DNA of 32,000 bases from NCBI GenBank assembly GCA_046497275.1, contig JAWOFX010000052.1, positions 818 through 32,817 of the forward strand, written 5' to 3'. Positions 1 through 9,014 of this stretch are shown here, one piece after another. The DNA comes from Promethearchaeia archaeon. GTDB lineage: Archaea > Asgardarchaeota > Lokiarchaeia > Sigyniarchaeales > SOKP01. The stretch's first letter is position 1; each line of letters starts with the position of its first letter. The notes below the pieces were generated by a model, which was not told where the DNA came from, made no database searches, and saw nothing but the letters and a program-made list of their open reading frames with translations. Both the position numbers and the translations under genes were made by a program.

Positions 1-58
1 ATCGTTTTTTTACAGAAAATTCAATATAATCTCCAAAATCCAACTTTTCTGGTCTCAT
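1..58 (-). CDS. 5' end of a divergent gene running off the window (MRPEKLDFGDYIEFSVKKR...)
   Basis: ATG at 58-56 on the minus strand, open frame to the window edge, followed by an AT-rich intergenic gap before the methylase. Only 19 codons are visible. Confidence 0.35.
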   Translation of the reverse strand, partial: MRPEKLDFGDYIEFSVKKR

Positions 59-153
59 AATATCTTATATAAAATTTTTTTAAAAATTATTATAATATTA
101 ATACTCTAGTTAAATAATAGTGTTTAAATTAATTATTAAGATATTTTCTAAAT

Positions 154-2271
154 ATGACTCCTAAATCACTGGAATCTGCGAATATTCCTGTTACTAATGC
201 TCTCTTAAGAAAAAAAGATTTAGTACCCTCAGATGATCTCAAACGTATATTTACTTCTATTAATAATCATTTTTATGGCAAATTAAAAAAAATTGATACA
301 GACACAAGGACTCGTTCAAAACAAATAATAAATCTCTTATTATGTAAATTAGTGGATGAATTAACCAAAAATTCTGAAGAGATTTTAGACTTTCAGATAA
401 AAACTGATGAAGATGCTAAGGATTTAGAAAAAAGAATTAAAAAGTATTTTCATAAAATGGTTACCTCCAACTATAAGACTATTTTTCGAGAAGATGAGTC
501 TATTCATCTTAATTCGGATCTAATTTACATTGTAGTTAAAAAATTACAAGATATCTCTCTTACTCTTTCTTCTAAGGACATATTTAAGGATGCTTTTGAG
601 ATTTTTGTAAGTAAGATTCTCAAGGATGAAGCGGGTCAATTTTTCACTCCCTCAAATATCGTTCATTTCATGATTGAATATTTAAATCCTTCTATCGATT
701 CTAAGATATTAGATCCAGCATGTGGTCATGGAGGGTTTTTGCTCGCATCAGAAGAGTTTTTAAAGCAAAAAGCATCTGAAGATAATGAAAAAGGGTCGTC
801 TAATGAAGAATTTGGAGATAATATAGCAACTAATCTATATGGTATTGATAAAGATTTATTTCTTACAAAAATTTGTACATTATATCTACAAATTCTTGGA
901 GGAAATAAACCAAACATATTCTGTGAAGATTCTTTGAGCCCAGATGATTATTCTCTTGATGTGAAAACTACTATAAAAAATGAGTTTTTCAATTGCATCG
1001 CAACCAATCCACCTTTTGGAACTAAAATTCCAATAGATAATCAAGATCTTTTAAAAAAGTATAAATTAGGTCATATTTGGAAAAATTACTACGAAAATCG
1101 TTGGAAAATAACCAAAAAAATAGCAAAACAACAACCACCCCAAATATTATTCATTGAAAGATGTGTTCAATTATTAGGTGATGGAGGGAAGCTTGGAATA
1201 GTATTGCCAGAAGGTATCTTTGGTAATCCTTCAGATCGCTATATCTGGGAATATTTAAAATCTAATGGAAAAATCTTAGCAATAGTCTCTTTAGGGCAAG
1301 ACACATTTCAACCTTATACTTGCAATAAAACAAGTATTTTGTTCTTTGAAAAATTAAACGTTATTCCGGAAGATTATTACATTCATTTCGCGGTTATTGA
1401 AAATGTAGGGCATGATAAAGATGGTAAAATTGTATATAAATTAAATAAGGATGGGACCCCAAAAATAGATTCGAATGGAAACTATATAATTAATGATGAT
1501 TTATCTAATTTAGCGAAAAAATTAATTCACGCCCAAGAATTCAACTTTTTAGAGAAACAGAACATTTTTAAATTGAAATTGAGTGAAATAAACAATAATA
1601 TTTTTATCCCTAATTATTATCTTGGAATTGAGAAGAGACTCAAAAGACTTGAATCTGATCCTAACTATGATCTGATGACAATCCAGGAGTTAGTGGAAAA
1701 TGGGATTATTTACACCAATAAAAATGGCTATATCCCTCGTGGAGATGAAATTGGTTCAAAAGTATATGGATTGGGTAATATTCCTTTTATACGGACAAGT
1801 GAGATTTCTGATTGGCAAGTGAATCTTGATTCCAATAAAAAGACGTCCAAAGAAGTGTATGAACAATATAAAGATAATCAAAATATTGAAGTTGGAGATA
1901 TACTTCTCGTAAAGGATGGTGGATCAAATTTAATTGGGAGAACGGCATATATCACAGAATTAGATACACAAATTATTATTCAGAGTCATATTTATCAAAT
2001 TAAAGTATTGAAAAACGAGGAGAAAATAGATTCTTATCTCTTATTATTCTTATTAAATTTGGATATCGTTCAGAAGCAAATAGAGGCCATCACCTTCATT
2101 CAAGGTACCATTGCTACCATAGGTAATCGAATCATGGAACTTAAATTGCCTATACCCAAAGATATGAACAAAAGAAAACAAATTTCTAATACTATAAGAG
2201 AAATTATTCAAAATAAAGTAATCTTACGGAAAAAAATTCACTCCCTCTCACTTGATTCATTTTTTTCTTAA
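154..2271 (+). CDS. N6-adenine DNA methyltransferase, type I HsdM-like, with fused C-terminal HsdS-type target recognition domain
   Basis: GQFFTP, motif I ILDPACGHGGFLL, motif IV NPPF and HsdM-like N-terminus (LLLCKLVDE). The last ~180 aa carry TRD-type motifs (PFIRTSEI, GDILLVKDG, IGRTAYI, QGT..TI, LKLPIP). Confidence 0.88.
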   Translation: MTPKSLESANIPVTNALLRKKDLVPSDDLKRIFTSINNHFYGKLKKIDTDTRTRSKQIINLLLCKLVDELTKNSEEILDFQIKTDEDAKDLEKRIKKYFHKMVTSNYKTIFREDESIHLNSDLIYIVVKKLQDISLTLSSKDIFKDAFEIFVSKILKDEAGQFFTPSNIVHFMIEYLNPSIDSKILDPACGHGGFLLASEEFLKQKASEDNEKGSSNEEFGDNIATNLYGIDKDLFLTKICTLYLQILGGNKPNIFCEDSLSPDDYSLDVKTTIKNEFFNCIATNPPFGTKIPIDNQDLLKKYKLGHIWKNYYENRWKITKKIAKQQPPQILFIERCVQLLGDGGKLGIVLPEGIFGNPSDRYIWEYLKSNGKILAIVSLGQDTFQPYTCNKTSILFFEKLNVIPEDYYIHFAVIENVGHDKDGKIVYKLNKDGTPKIDSNGNYIINDDLSNLAKKLIHAQEFNFLEKQNIFKLKLSEINNNIFIPNYYLGIEKRLKRLESDPNYDLMTIQELVENGIIYTNKNGYIPRGDEIGSKVYGLGNIPFIRTSEISDWQVNLDSNKKTSKEVYEQYKDNQNIEVGDILLVKDGGSNLIGRTAYITELDTQIIIQSHIYQIKVLKNEEKIDSYLLLFLLNLDIVQKQIEAITFIQGTIATIGNRIMELKLPIPKDMNKRKQISNTIREIIQNKVILRKKIHSLSLDSFFS

Positions 2272-2311
2272 AATTTCTCATTATAAGTTAGACATTTCTT
2301 AAGATTAAAAT

Positions 2312-2332
2312 TTTAAATATTCAGACTGAATA
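2312..2332 (+). promoter_or_regulatory. TATA-like TTTAAATA overlapped by 15-bp palindrome TATTCAG-A-CTGAATA upstream of first acyl-CoA ligase
   Basis: TTTAAATA at 2312-2319 and palindrome at 2318-2332; ATG at 2369. Confidence 0.35.
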
Positions 2333-2368
2333 ATATTAATAATATTCCAATTAATTTTAATCAAAAAA

Positions 2369-4165
2369 ATGACTCACGAAGAAAGATCAGATGACTATAT
2401 AGATCAACCATGGATGGAAAATTGGCCTGAAGAGGTACCAAGGCATATCGATTATCCTGAGATTTCTCTTGGAGAATTTATAGGACAAACAGCCGAACAA
2501 TATCCAGATTCTCAAGCGATTTGGTTTGAAGGATGGCGATGTACTTATAAAGAGCTTAACCAGATGATCAACCAATTCACCACCACACTATCCAAAATGG
2601 GAATAAAAAAGGGTGATGTAATTGCGATTGATTTACCGAATACTCCGCAATTTATCATCGCATTTTATGGGATTTGTCGAATTGGTGCGGTTGCCAACCC
2701 TATAATCCCATTAAATAGATTCGTAGAAATAGTTCATCAAATAAATGATTCAAAAGCAAAAGTCTTACTAATCCTCGATTCTCTTTACGAAGAACATTTA
2801 CATGGAAAAGATCTCAGCAAAATGCCAACCTTAGAAACTATTATTATGACAGGATTAGCAGAATATCTTCCTAAAATTAAAGCCGTTCTAGGTAAACTCC
2901 TTGGTAAGATCCCATATATGAAAAAGTGGCCAACTCAAGTAGGAGATATTAAATTTTTGGAACTTCAGCACCTTTTAGAGAAAGGAACACCATTAGATGT
3001 TCCAGAAGTGAATATTGATGCTAAAAATGATACTGCTGTTCTGATTTATACAGGGGGAACCACAGGAGTTCCAAAAGGAGTTAAAACTTCACACTATAAT
3101 CTAGTGGTTAACGCAATTCAAGCAAATGAATGGAGTCAAACACAATTACCGGAGCTAAAAGAAACTCTGGGAAATGGAGGGATGTTTATTGTTCTCCCGT
3201 TGGCTCACTCTTTTGCACTTTCAATTGGAATGAATATTGCCGTTAGTAATGGATATAAAATGATTTTATTTCCTCAACCCCCCACTCCAATTTCCAAAAT
3301 GTTAAATGTTATAAAGAAGGAAGGTGCCACTTTTGGGCCGGGAGTACCAACTTTATGGAACAAAATTAATCTTGATCCAAAATCAGAAAAATATAGAGGT
3401 GAGTTAGATTCATTAGTGGCGTGTTTAAGTGGGGCTTCCGCTCTACCATTGGAAGTGAAGCAAGAATTTGAGGCAATTACCGGTTCTAGAATCATTGAAG
3501 GATATGGAATGTCTGAAACTTCTCCATTATTAACAGCTTCTCCTTTCCATAAATACAAAGAAAATACTGTTGGATTCCCTGTAAGCGACACTTATATAAA
3601 AATTGTTGATCCTGAAGAGGGGAACAAAATTTTACCTCAATGTCCAAAAGAAGATTGTTCCGAATGTGGAGTGGATGAAACCAAATATATTGGTGAGATT
3701 TGCGGAAGCGGATCCCAAGTAATGCTCGGCTATCTTAACAGACCAGAAGCGACAGAAAGAGCCTTAAGAAAGGATGAATACGGAAGAATTTGGTATTATA
3801 CAGCAGATATTGGCTGTATCGACAAGGATGGATATCTAAGAATTAAAGATAGGAAAAGAGATATGATTAAGTATAAGGGACACTCTGTATTTCCAAGAGA
3901 AGTTGAAGATCTTATCTATATGCATCCTGCAGTCAATGAAGTGGGTGTCGTTGGAGCTCCCGATCCTGAATCTGGACAAACAATAAAGGCTTATATCTCC
4001 CTCAAGGAAGAATACCAAGGAAAAATTTCTGAAGAAGAGATGATGGAATGGTGTAAAGAAAACATCTCGCCCTATAAGTATCCGAGAATCATTGAAATCA
4101 TTCCAGAATTACCTAAATCTGTGGTTGGAAAAATTCTACGTAGAGAATTACGAAAAGAAGAATAA
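2369..4165 (+). CDS. long-chain fatty acid--CoA ligase (ANL superfamily, FadD-like)
   Basis: P-loop IYTGGTTGVPKG, EGYGMSETSP, RIKDRKRDMIK, PKSVVGKILRR. Confidence 0.93.
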   Translation: MTHEERSDDYIDQPWMENWPEEVPRHIDYPEISLGEFIGQTAEQYPDSQAIWFEGWRCTYKELNQMINQFTTTLSKMGIKKGDVIAIDLPNTPQFIIAFYGICRIGAVANPIIPLNRFVEIVHQINDSKAKVLLILDSLYEEHLHGKDLSKMPTLETIIMTGLAEYLPKIKAVLGKLLGKIPYMKKWPTQVGDIKFLELQHLLEKGTPLDVPEVNIDAKNDTAVLIYTGGTTGVPKGVKTSHYNLVVNAIQANEWSQTQLPELKETLGNGGMFIVLPLAHSFALSIGMNIAVSNGYKMILFPQPPTPISKMLNVIKKEGATFGPGVPTLWNKINLDPKSEKYRGELDSLVACLSGASALPLEVKQEFEAITGSRIIEGYGMSETSPLLTASPFHKYKENTVGFPVSDTYIKIVDPEEGNKILPQCPKEDCSECGVDETKYIGEICGSGSQVMLGYLNRPEATERALRKDEYGRIWYYTADIGCIDKDGYLRIKDRKRDMIKYKGHSVFPREVEDLIYMHPAVNEVGVVGAPDPESGQTIKAYISLKEEYQGKISEEEMMEWCKENISPYKYPRIIEIIPELPKSVVGKILRRELRKEE

Positions 4166-4330
4166 AAAACCATCTTTAAAATCTTATTTTTTTATATTTT
4201 AAATTTTTTATCTCGTAATTCTATATATCTTTTAGAAATTATCTAATTGTCACCAGAAATTGAAAATATTATAATCTATAAATAAAAATTTTTAATTCAT
4301 TTTATTCCTATGATTCATTAATTCAATAAT

Positions 4331-4597
4331 ATGGTGAACTCATTGCCTGAGAAAGTACCTGATACAGAAGAAAATATGAATATTTGTAAGCAGTTTTGTG
4401 GGCCATGTCCCACTTTTAAACCTAATAACTTAAATGAGGTGGAACCCCACGCACTATTTTGCGCCAGAGGGGCATCCGAGAAACCTAAAGGAGAGATTAA
4501 AGATAATGGATGTAACTGTTTTAATTGTGGTGTATTCAAAAAGTATGGTTTAGAAGGAGGCTGGTTTTGTATTTATGGAATTGAAGGAAAAAAATAA
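4331..4597 (+). CDS. small Cys-rich protein, DUF2769-like
   Basis: VPDTEENMNIC..FCGPCPTF, LFCARG, GCNCFNCGVF, WFC; 8 Cys in 88 aa in the pattern I recognise for DUF2769. Confidence 0.7.
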   Translation: MVNSLPEKVPDTEENMNICKQFCGPCPTFKPNNLNEVEPHALFCARGASEKPKGEIKDNGCNCFNCGVFKKYGLEGGWFCIYGIEGKK

Positions 4598-4725
4598 TTT
4601 AAATTTTCACTTTTTTTTAGTTGTGCTTTTTTCTCCATTATTATTTCAATCAATTAATAACTAAGTATACTTTATTAATTTCCTTCCATTTTTTTTAGTT
4701 ATAATCTTTAAAAGTGAAAATAAAA

Positions 4726-6519
4726 ATGTCAGAAGAAATTCCAAAACCGTGGTTAGAAAATTACCCAAAAGGAGTTCAACAATCTTTAGAATATAGTTGG
4801 ATGACCTTAGGAGAGATGTTTGATAATACAGTAGTTCAATTTCCAGATTCAGAAGCAATCTTTTTCGAGGGATGGAGATGTACATACTCTGAATTAAAGG
4901 AGATGATCGATAAATTCGCAACAGCACTCGCAAAGCTTGGTGTGGGAAAAGGTGACGTGGTAGCAGTTGATATTCCTAATATCCCGCAATTCGCCATTGC
5001 ATATTATGCCACTGTAAAGTTAGGGGCAATAATAAACCCAATAATTCCATTGCATAAATTTGTTGAAATTGTATATCAAGTAAATGATGCGGATAGTAAA
5101 GTCCTAATTATATTGGATGCCCTTTATGAGGGTTATCTACAAGGAAAAGATATAAGCAAAATGGATAAACTTGAACATATTATCTTAACAAGTATAACAG
5201 AATACTTGCCAAAAATAAAAGCCGTTCTTGGAAAATTATTGAATAAAGTTCCATATATGAAAGAAAAATTATGGCCAGAGAAAGTTGGCGATATCCAATT
5301 CCATAAATTTCAGGAATTATTAGAATCTGGAACCCCTCCAAATGTTCCCAAAGTTAAAATAAATCCGAAGGAAGATGTAGGAACATTAATTTATACTGGA
5401 GGTACTACTGGAGTACCTAAAGGGGTAAAATTATCACATGCTAACTTAATATGTAATGCTGAACAAGCAGTAGAATGGTTATATGCTCAAGTACCAAAAA
5501 CAAAGGAACTAAGAGGAAAAGGTGGTTCTGGATGTGTTATTCCATTTGGACATGTATTTGGTTTATCTACTGCAATGAATTTAGGTGTGTTTTCCGGATA
5601 TAAATTGATTATGTTTCCGGCTCCTCCAGAAAAACGCTCGGATATTTTAAAACTCTTAATGAAGGAAGATGGTGTCTATATGCCTGCTGTCCCTACACTC
5701 TATAATCAGATCAATCAAGATGAAGACTCTGAAAAATATAAAGGAAAATTCGAAGCATTGGCAGCATGTTTGAGCGGTGGATCTTCACTTCCCCCCGAAG
5801 TAAAACGCAAATTTGAAGAATTAACGGGAGCTTTAATCATTGAGGGCTATGGAGCAAGTGAAACATCCCCAATTGTGACTGGAAATCTTTTTGATGTGGA
5901 AAAATATAAAATCGGTTCTCCTGGACTTCCTGTTTCTGACACATTGATTAAAATTGTTGATGTTGATGAAGGGACGAGAATGTTACCCATATGCCCTAAA
6001 ACTAATTGTGATGATTGTGAACCAGAAGAAGCGGAAAAATATATCGGAGAACTATGTGTATGCGGTCCACAGATAATGCTTGGTTATTACGGTAAACAAA
6101 AAGCTACGGAAAGAGCTTTAAGAAAAGATTCTAAAGGTCGAATATGGTATTATACTTCCGATATCGCGTGTATTGATGCAAAAGGCTTTTTACATATTAA
6201 AGATCGAAAACGAGATATGATTAAATATAAGGGCCACGGAGTCTTTCCAGCTGAAGTTGAGAATCTTATTTATCAAAATCCAGCAGTGAATGAAGTAGGT
6301 GTTGTTGGCGCTCCTCATCCCTCTGGCGTCGGAGAAACAATAAAGGCATTCATTTCCATAAAACCAGAGTATAAAGGGAAGGTTACTGAGGAAGAGATGA
6401 TGGAGTGGTGCAAAGAAAATATTTCGCCCTATAAATACCCACGAGAGATTCAATTCATCGAAGAATTACCAAAAACTCTAGTTGGAAAAATTAAACGTAG
6501 AGAACTTAAGGAAGAATAA
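4726..6519 (+). CDS. long-chain fatty acid--CoA ligase, tandem paralog of 2369-4165
   Basis: IYTGGTTGVPKG, EGYGASETSP, PKTLVGKIKRR; collinear with the first ligase. ATG at 4726 preferred over GTG at 4714. Confidence 0.93.
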   Translation: MSEEIPKPWLENYPKGVQQSLEYSWMTLGEMFDNTVVQFPDSEAIFFEGWRCTYSELKEMIDKFATALAKLGVGKGDVVAVDIPNIPQFAIAYYATVKLGAIINPIIPLHKFVEIVYQVNDADSKVLIILDALYEGYLQGKDISKMDKLEHIILTSITEYLPKIKAVLGKLLNKVPYMKEKLWPEKVGDIQFHKFQELLESGTPPNVPKVKINPKEDVGTLIYTGGTTGVPKGVKLSHANLICNAEQAVEWLYAQVPKTKELRGKGGSGCVIPFGHVFGLSTAMNLGVFSGYKLIMFPAPPEKRSDILKLLMKEDGVYMPAVPTLYNQINQDEDSEKYKGKFEALAACLSGGSSLPPEVKRKFEELTGALIIEGYGASETSPIVTGNLFDVEKYKIGSPGLPVSDTLIKIVDVDEGTRMLPICPKTNCDDCEPEEAEKYIGELCVCGPQIMLGYYGKQKATERALRKDSKGRIWYYTSDIACIDAKGFLHIKDRKRDMIKYKGHGVFPAEVENLIYQNPAVNEVGVVGAPHPSGVGETIKAFISIKPEYKGKVTEEEMMEWCKENISPYKYPREIQFIEELPKTLVGKIKRRELKEE

Positions 6520-6688
6520 GAAATAAGTCATTTCTCTCGTTTTTATTTTTTTAAAATTCTCTAAAATTTTTTTTATCATTTTTTCAAATTCATTATCAAA
6601 TTGAGAAAATAAATCTTTTTTATTATTAGTGTTTCTCTGATTTAACTCATCTCTTAAATCTACATGAATTTAGAGAAAACGCCTTGAA

Positions 6689-7276
6689 TTAAAACTCAAG
6701 AGGAAAATTCAGATCAAGAGTATTAAATGCAAACCAATAAAAAATAATTATCCCGATTACAGTAATTATCACTATAAACCACATAAATTTTTTTTTATTT
6801 AATATATTTTTAAATGCCTCTTCAGCTTCTTTCTCTCTCTCATCAGTTCCGGTGGGTTTCCAATCCTTTGATCCTCGATCCATCCTTATCCCCATTCCTA
6901 GAGCAATGGATCCAAATAAATTATCGTGATCTTCTGATCCTATAATGCTTCCCTTCGAACTGGCTAAAATAAATAAAAATTCTGGGATAAGAACTATTAA
7001 AATATAAGGGATGTATGGACTAATAATAAAACTGCATATATACCCTCCTAAATAGAGATGATAATAGAAAGGATTCTTAATGATAAATGCCAAAAATGCC
7101 CCACCTAAAAGTGTAAGAGAAACTGTAACTTCCACAAAAGTATTAATTATTTTTTGTATAGAAATTAGAAAATAGAAGAGAAAAAATATCAAATGAATAA
7201 CGTTAAAAATTATAAAACTAAAATCAGTTTTGCTAAAAACTATGGATTCTTCTCGTTTATAGTCTTCTTCTGTCAT
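6689..7276 (-). CDS. hypothetical integral membrane protein
   Basis: 195-aa ORF with about 4-5 hydrophobic segments and a charged loop; no family recognised. Confidence 0.7.
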   Translation of the reverse strand: MTEEDYKREESIVFSKTDFSFIIFNVIHLIFFLFYFLISIQKIINTFVEVTVSLTLLGGAFLAFIIKNPFYYHLYLGGYICSFIISPYIPYILIVLIPEFLFILASSKGSIIGSEDHDNLFGSIALGMGIRMDRGSKDWKPTGTDEREKEAEEAFKNILNKKKFMWFIVIITVIGIIIFYWFAFNTLDLNFPLEF

Positions 7277-7426
7277 TATTAGTGATTTCCATTCCTATTA
7301 ATCACTTTTTAATATATAAATCTTATTATAGATTTTTTCTTTGTAAATATAAGCATGTCTTAAGAGGGATTGCAAAGAAAATCGAACATTTTTTACAATA
7401 TCATCAGTTAGGATTTAAAAGGGATT

Positions 7427-7690
7427 CTAAATATTGGTTTTTCTTTTAAAAGTTAAAAGATTAATCGCTCCCTCAGGACATCTATGCCAACACACACTAC
7501 ATCCCCCACAAGAAACATTGGTTATAATAGTTACTGCTTTTCCATCACTATTAAAAGCTCTTATTTTTAATGGACAATATAAAACACATGTTCCACATGA
7601 TTTGCATTTCGATAAATCTGTTACAGCTCTAATAATAACTTGTGATAATTGTTTAATTTTATCTTGTAGAGGTTTGGACGCTTCTGGCAT
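7427..7690 (-). CDS. 2[4Fe-4S] ferredoxin-like protein
   Basis: CKSCGTCVLYCP and CGGCSVCWHRCP (two CxxCxxCxxxCP motifs). ATG at 7690 preferred over TTG at 7711. Confidence 0.85.
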   Translation of the reverse strand: MPEASKPLQDKIKQLSQVIIRAVTDLSKCKSCGTCVLYCPLKIRAFNSDGKAVTIITNVSCGGCSVCWHRCPEGAINLLTFKRKTNI

Positions 7691-7784
7691 TAGTAGTGAA
7701 CTTATTATCAAATATTTAGGATAAATTGAAAGAATGATAAAAAAAATATATTATATTAAATATACAATTGATTTTTAAAAACAT

Positions 7785-8825
7785 TTATGAAACTCGGGAG
7801 CAGATATCCTTAAATATTTTTTCCGCCTCTTTTGTATAACTTGTGATAATATCATCCACATCCAAAATATCATCGATTAAACCAGATGTCTGGCCAGCAG
7901 GGATTGCTCCGTTTTCTACATCGCCTTCTGTATAGACAATCATATAATGTTCTAAATCTTCAATATATTCATCCATCTCATATGACATTTCCTGTGTTAT
8001 TTTTTCTTGTTTTGATACCACTTCACCATGTTCCAAAGCATATTTATTCTTAAGCAATCGAATCGGACCAAATCCACCTGTGGTTAAAATCGTATCTCTT
8101 GCTGTGGCTGGAGGAATTAATTCTTTATAGTTTGGATGAAATTCACTTTGTTTAGATGCAATAAAGCGAGTTCCCATTGCTATAGCATCAGCTCCCATAG
8201 CTAATCCAGATGCTAACCCTTGTGGGCTAGAATATCCTCCACAAGTAACCAGCATTTTTTCAGGATATTTCTTAGCTACTTGTTGGGTTAGAACTAAAGT
8301 GGAAATCCCCTCATAGGATTGATGTCCCCCCCCTTCAGTTCCAGTTGCAACTATTCCATCAACATTTGATTCTACACATTTATCTGCAAGCCATAATGCT
8401 GGAGCAACATGAAAGTGATACATATCCGGGGCCTTATCCTTCCACATCGCACCTGCTTTACGTGGACTGCCAGCAGAAGTTAACCCATAAATACATTGTT
8501 CTCTGAGTCTAGGATCTTTCTTTCTCCATTCTGGAATTTTCCTTAATAAGATTTTATGATCTGTCTGTACTCTTGCTGTACGGACATTGAATCCAAATGG
8601 CTTATCGGTATGTTCAACCACGTAATCAAGTTGCTCTTTAAAATCTTTCACGGATCTCTTTCCCAACAATGTTGCATGACTCAATACACCTAAACCTCCC
8701 GCTTCTGAAGTAGCAACTGTCAATTTAGTAGTATAAAAAGGTCCCATAGGAGCGCTAAGAATTGGATATTTGATTCCAAACTTTTCAGTTATTCGTGTTT
8801 TTAACATTTGTTTCTCACATTTCAT
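7785..8825 (-). CDS. FMN-dependent nitronate monooxygenase / FabK enoyl-reductase family protein
   Basis: PILSAPMG, GTEGGGH catalytic His motif, GADAIAMGTRF, AGQTSGLI. Alternative start ATG at 8807. Confidence 0.88.
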   Translation of the reverse strand: MKCEKQMLKTRITEKFGIKYPILSAPMGPFYTTKLTVATSEAGGLGVLSHATLLGKRSVKDFKEQLDYVVEHTDKPFGFNVRTARVQTDHKILLRKIPEWRKKDPRLREQCIYGLTSAGSPRKAGAMWKDKAPDMYHFHVAPALWLADKCVESNVDGIVATGTEGGGHQSYEGISTLVLTQQVAKKYPEKMLVTCGGYSSPQGLASGLAMGADAIAMGTRFIASKQSEFHPNYKELIPPATARDTILTTGGFGPIRLLKNKYALEHGEVVSKQEKITQEMSYEMDEYIEDLEHYMIVYTEGDVENGAIPAGQTSGLIDDILDVDDIITSYTKEAEKIFKDICSRVS

Positions 8826-9014
8826 AATATTAGGATTATTATAAAAAATAATTCGATGTTTTCCCTAAAAAAGGTATCTATATTAGATTGCTTTTAAAAA
8901 TTTTACTAACCATATTTTCTATCTAATTTCTCTTTTTGACAAAGAAGTAAACAATTATAAAGATTTAGAACTAATTCAATTTCATAACACAAATAAATTA
9001 TTTATCTATAGGTA

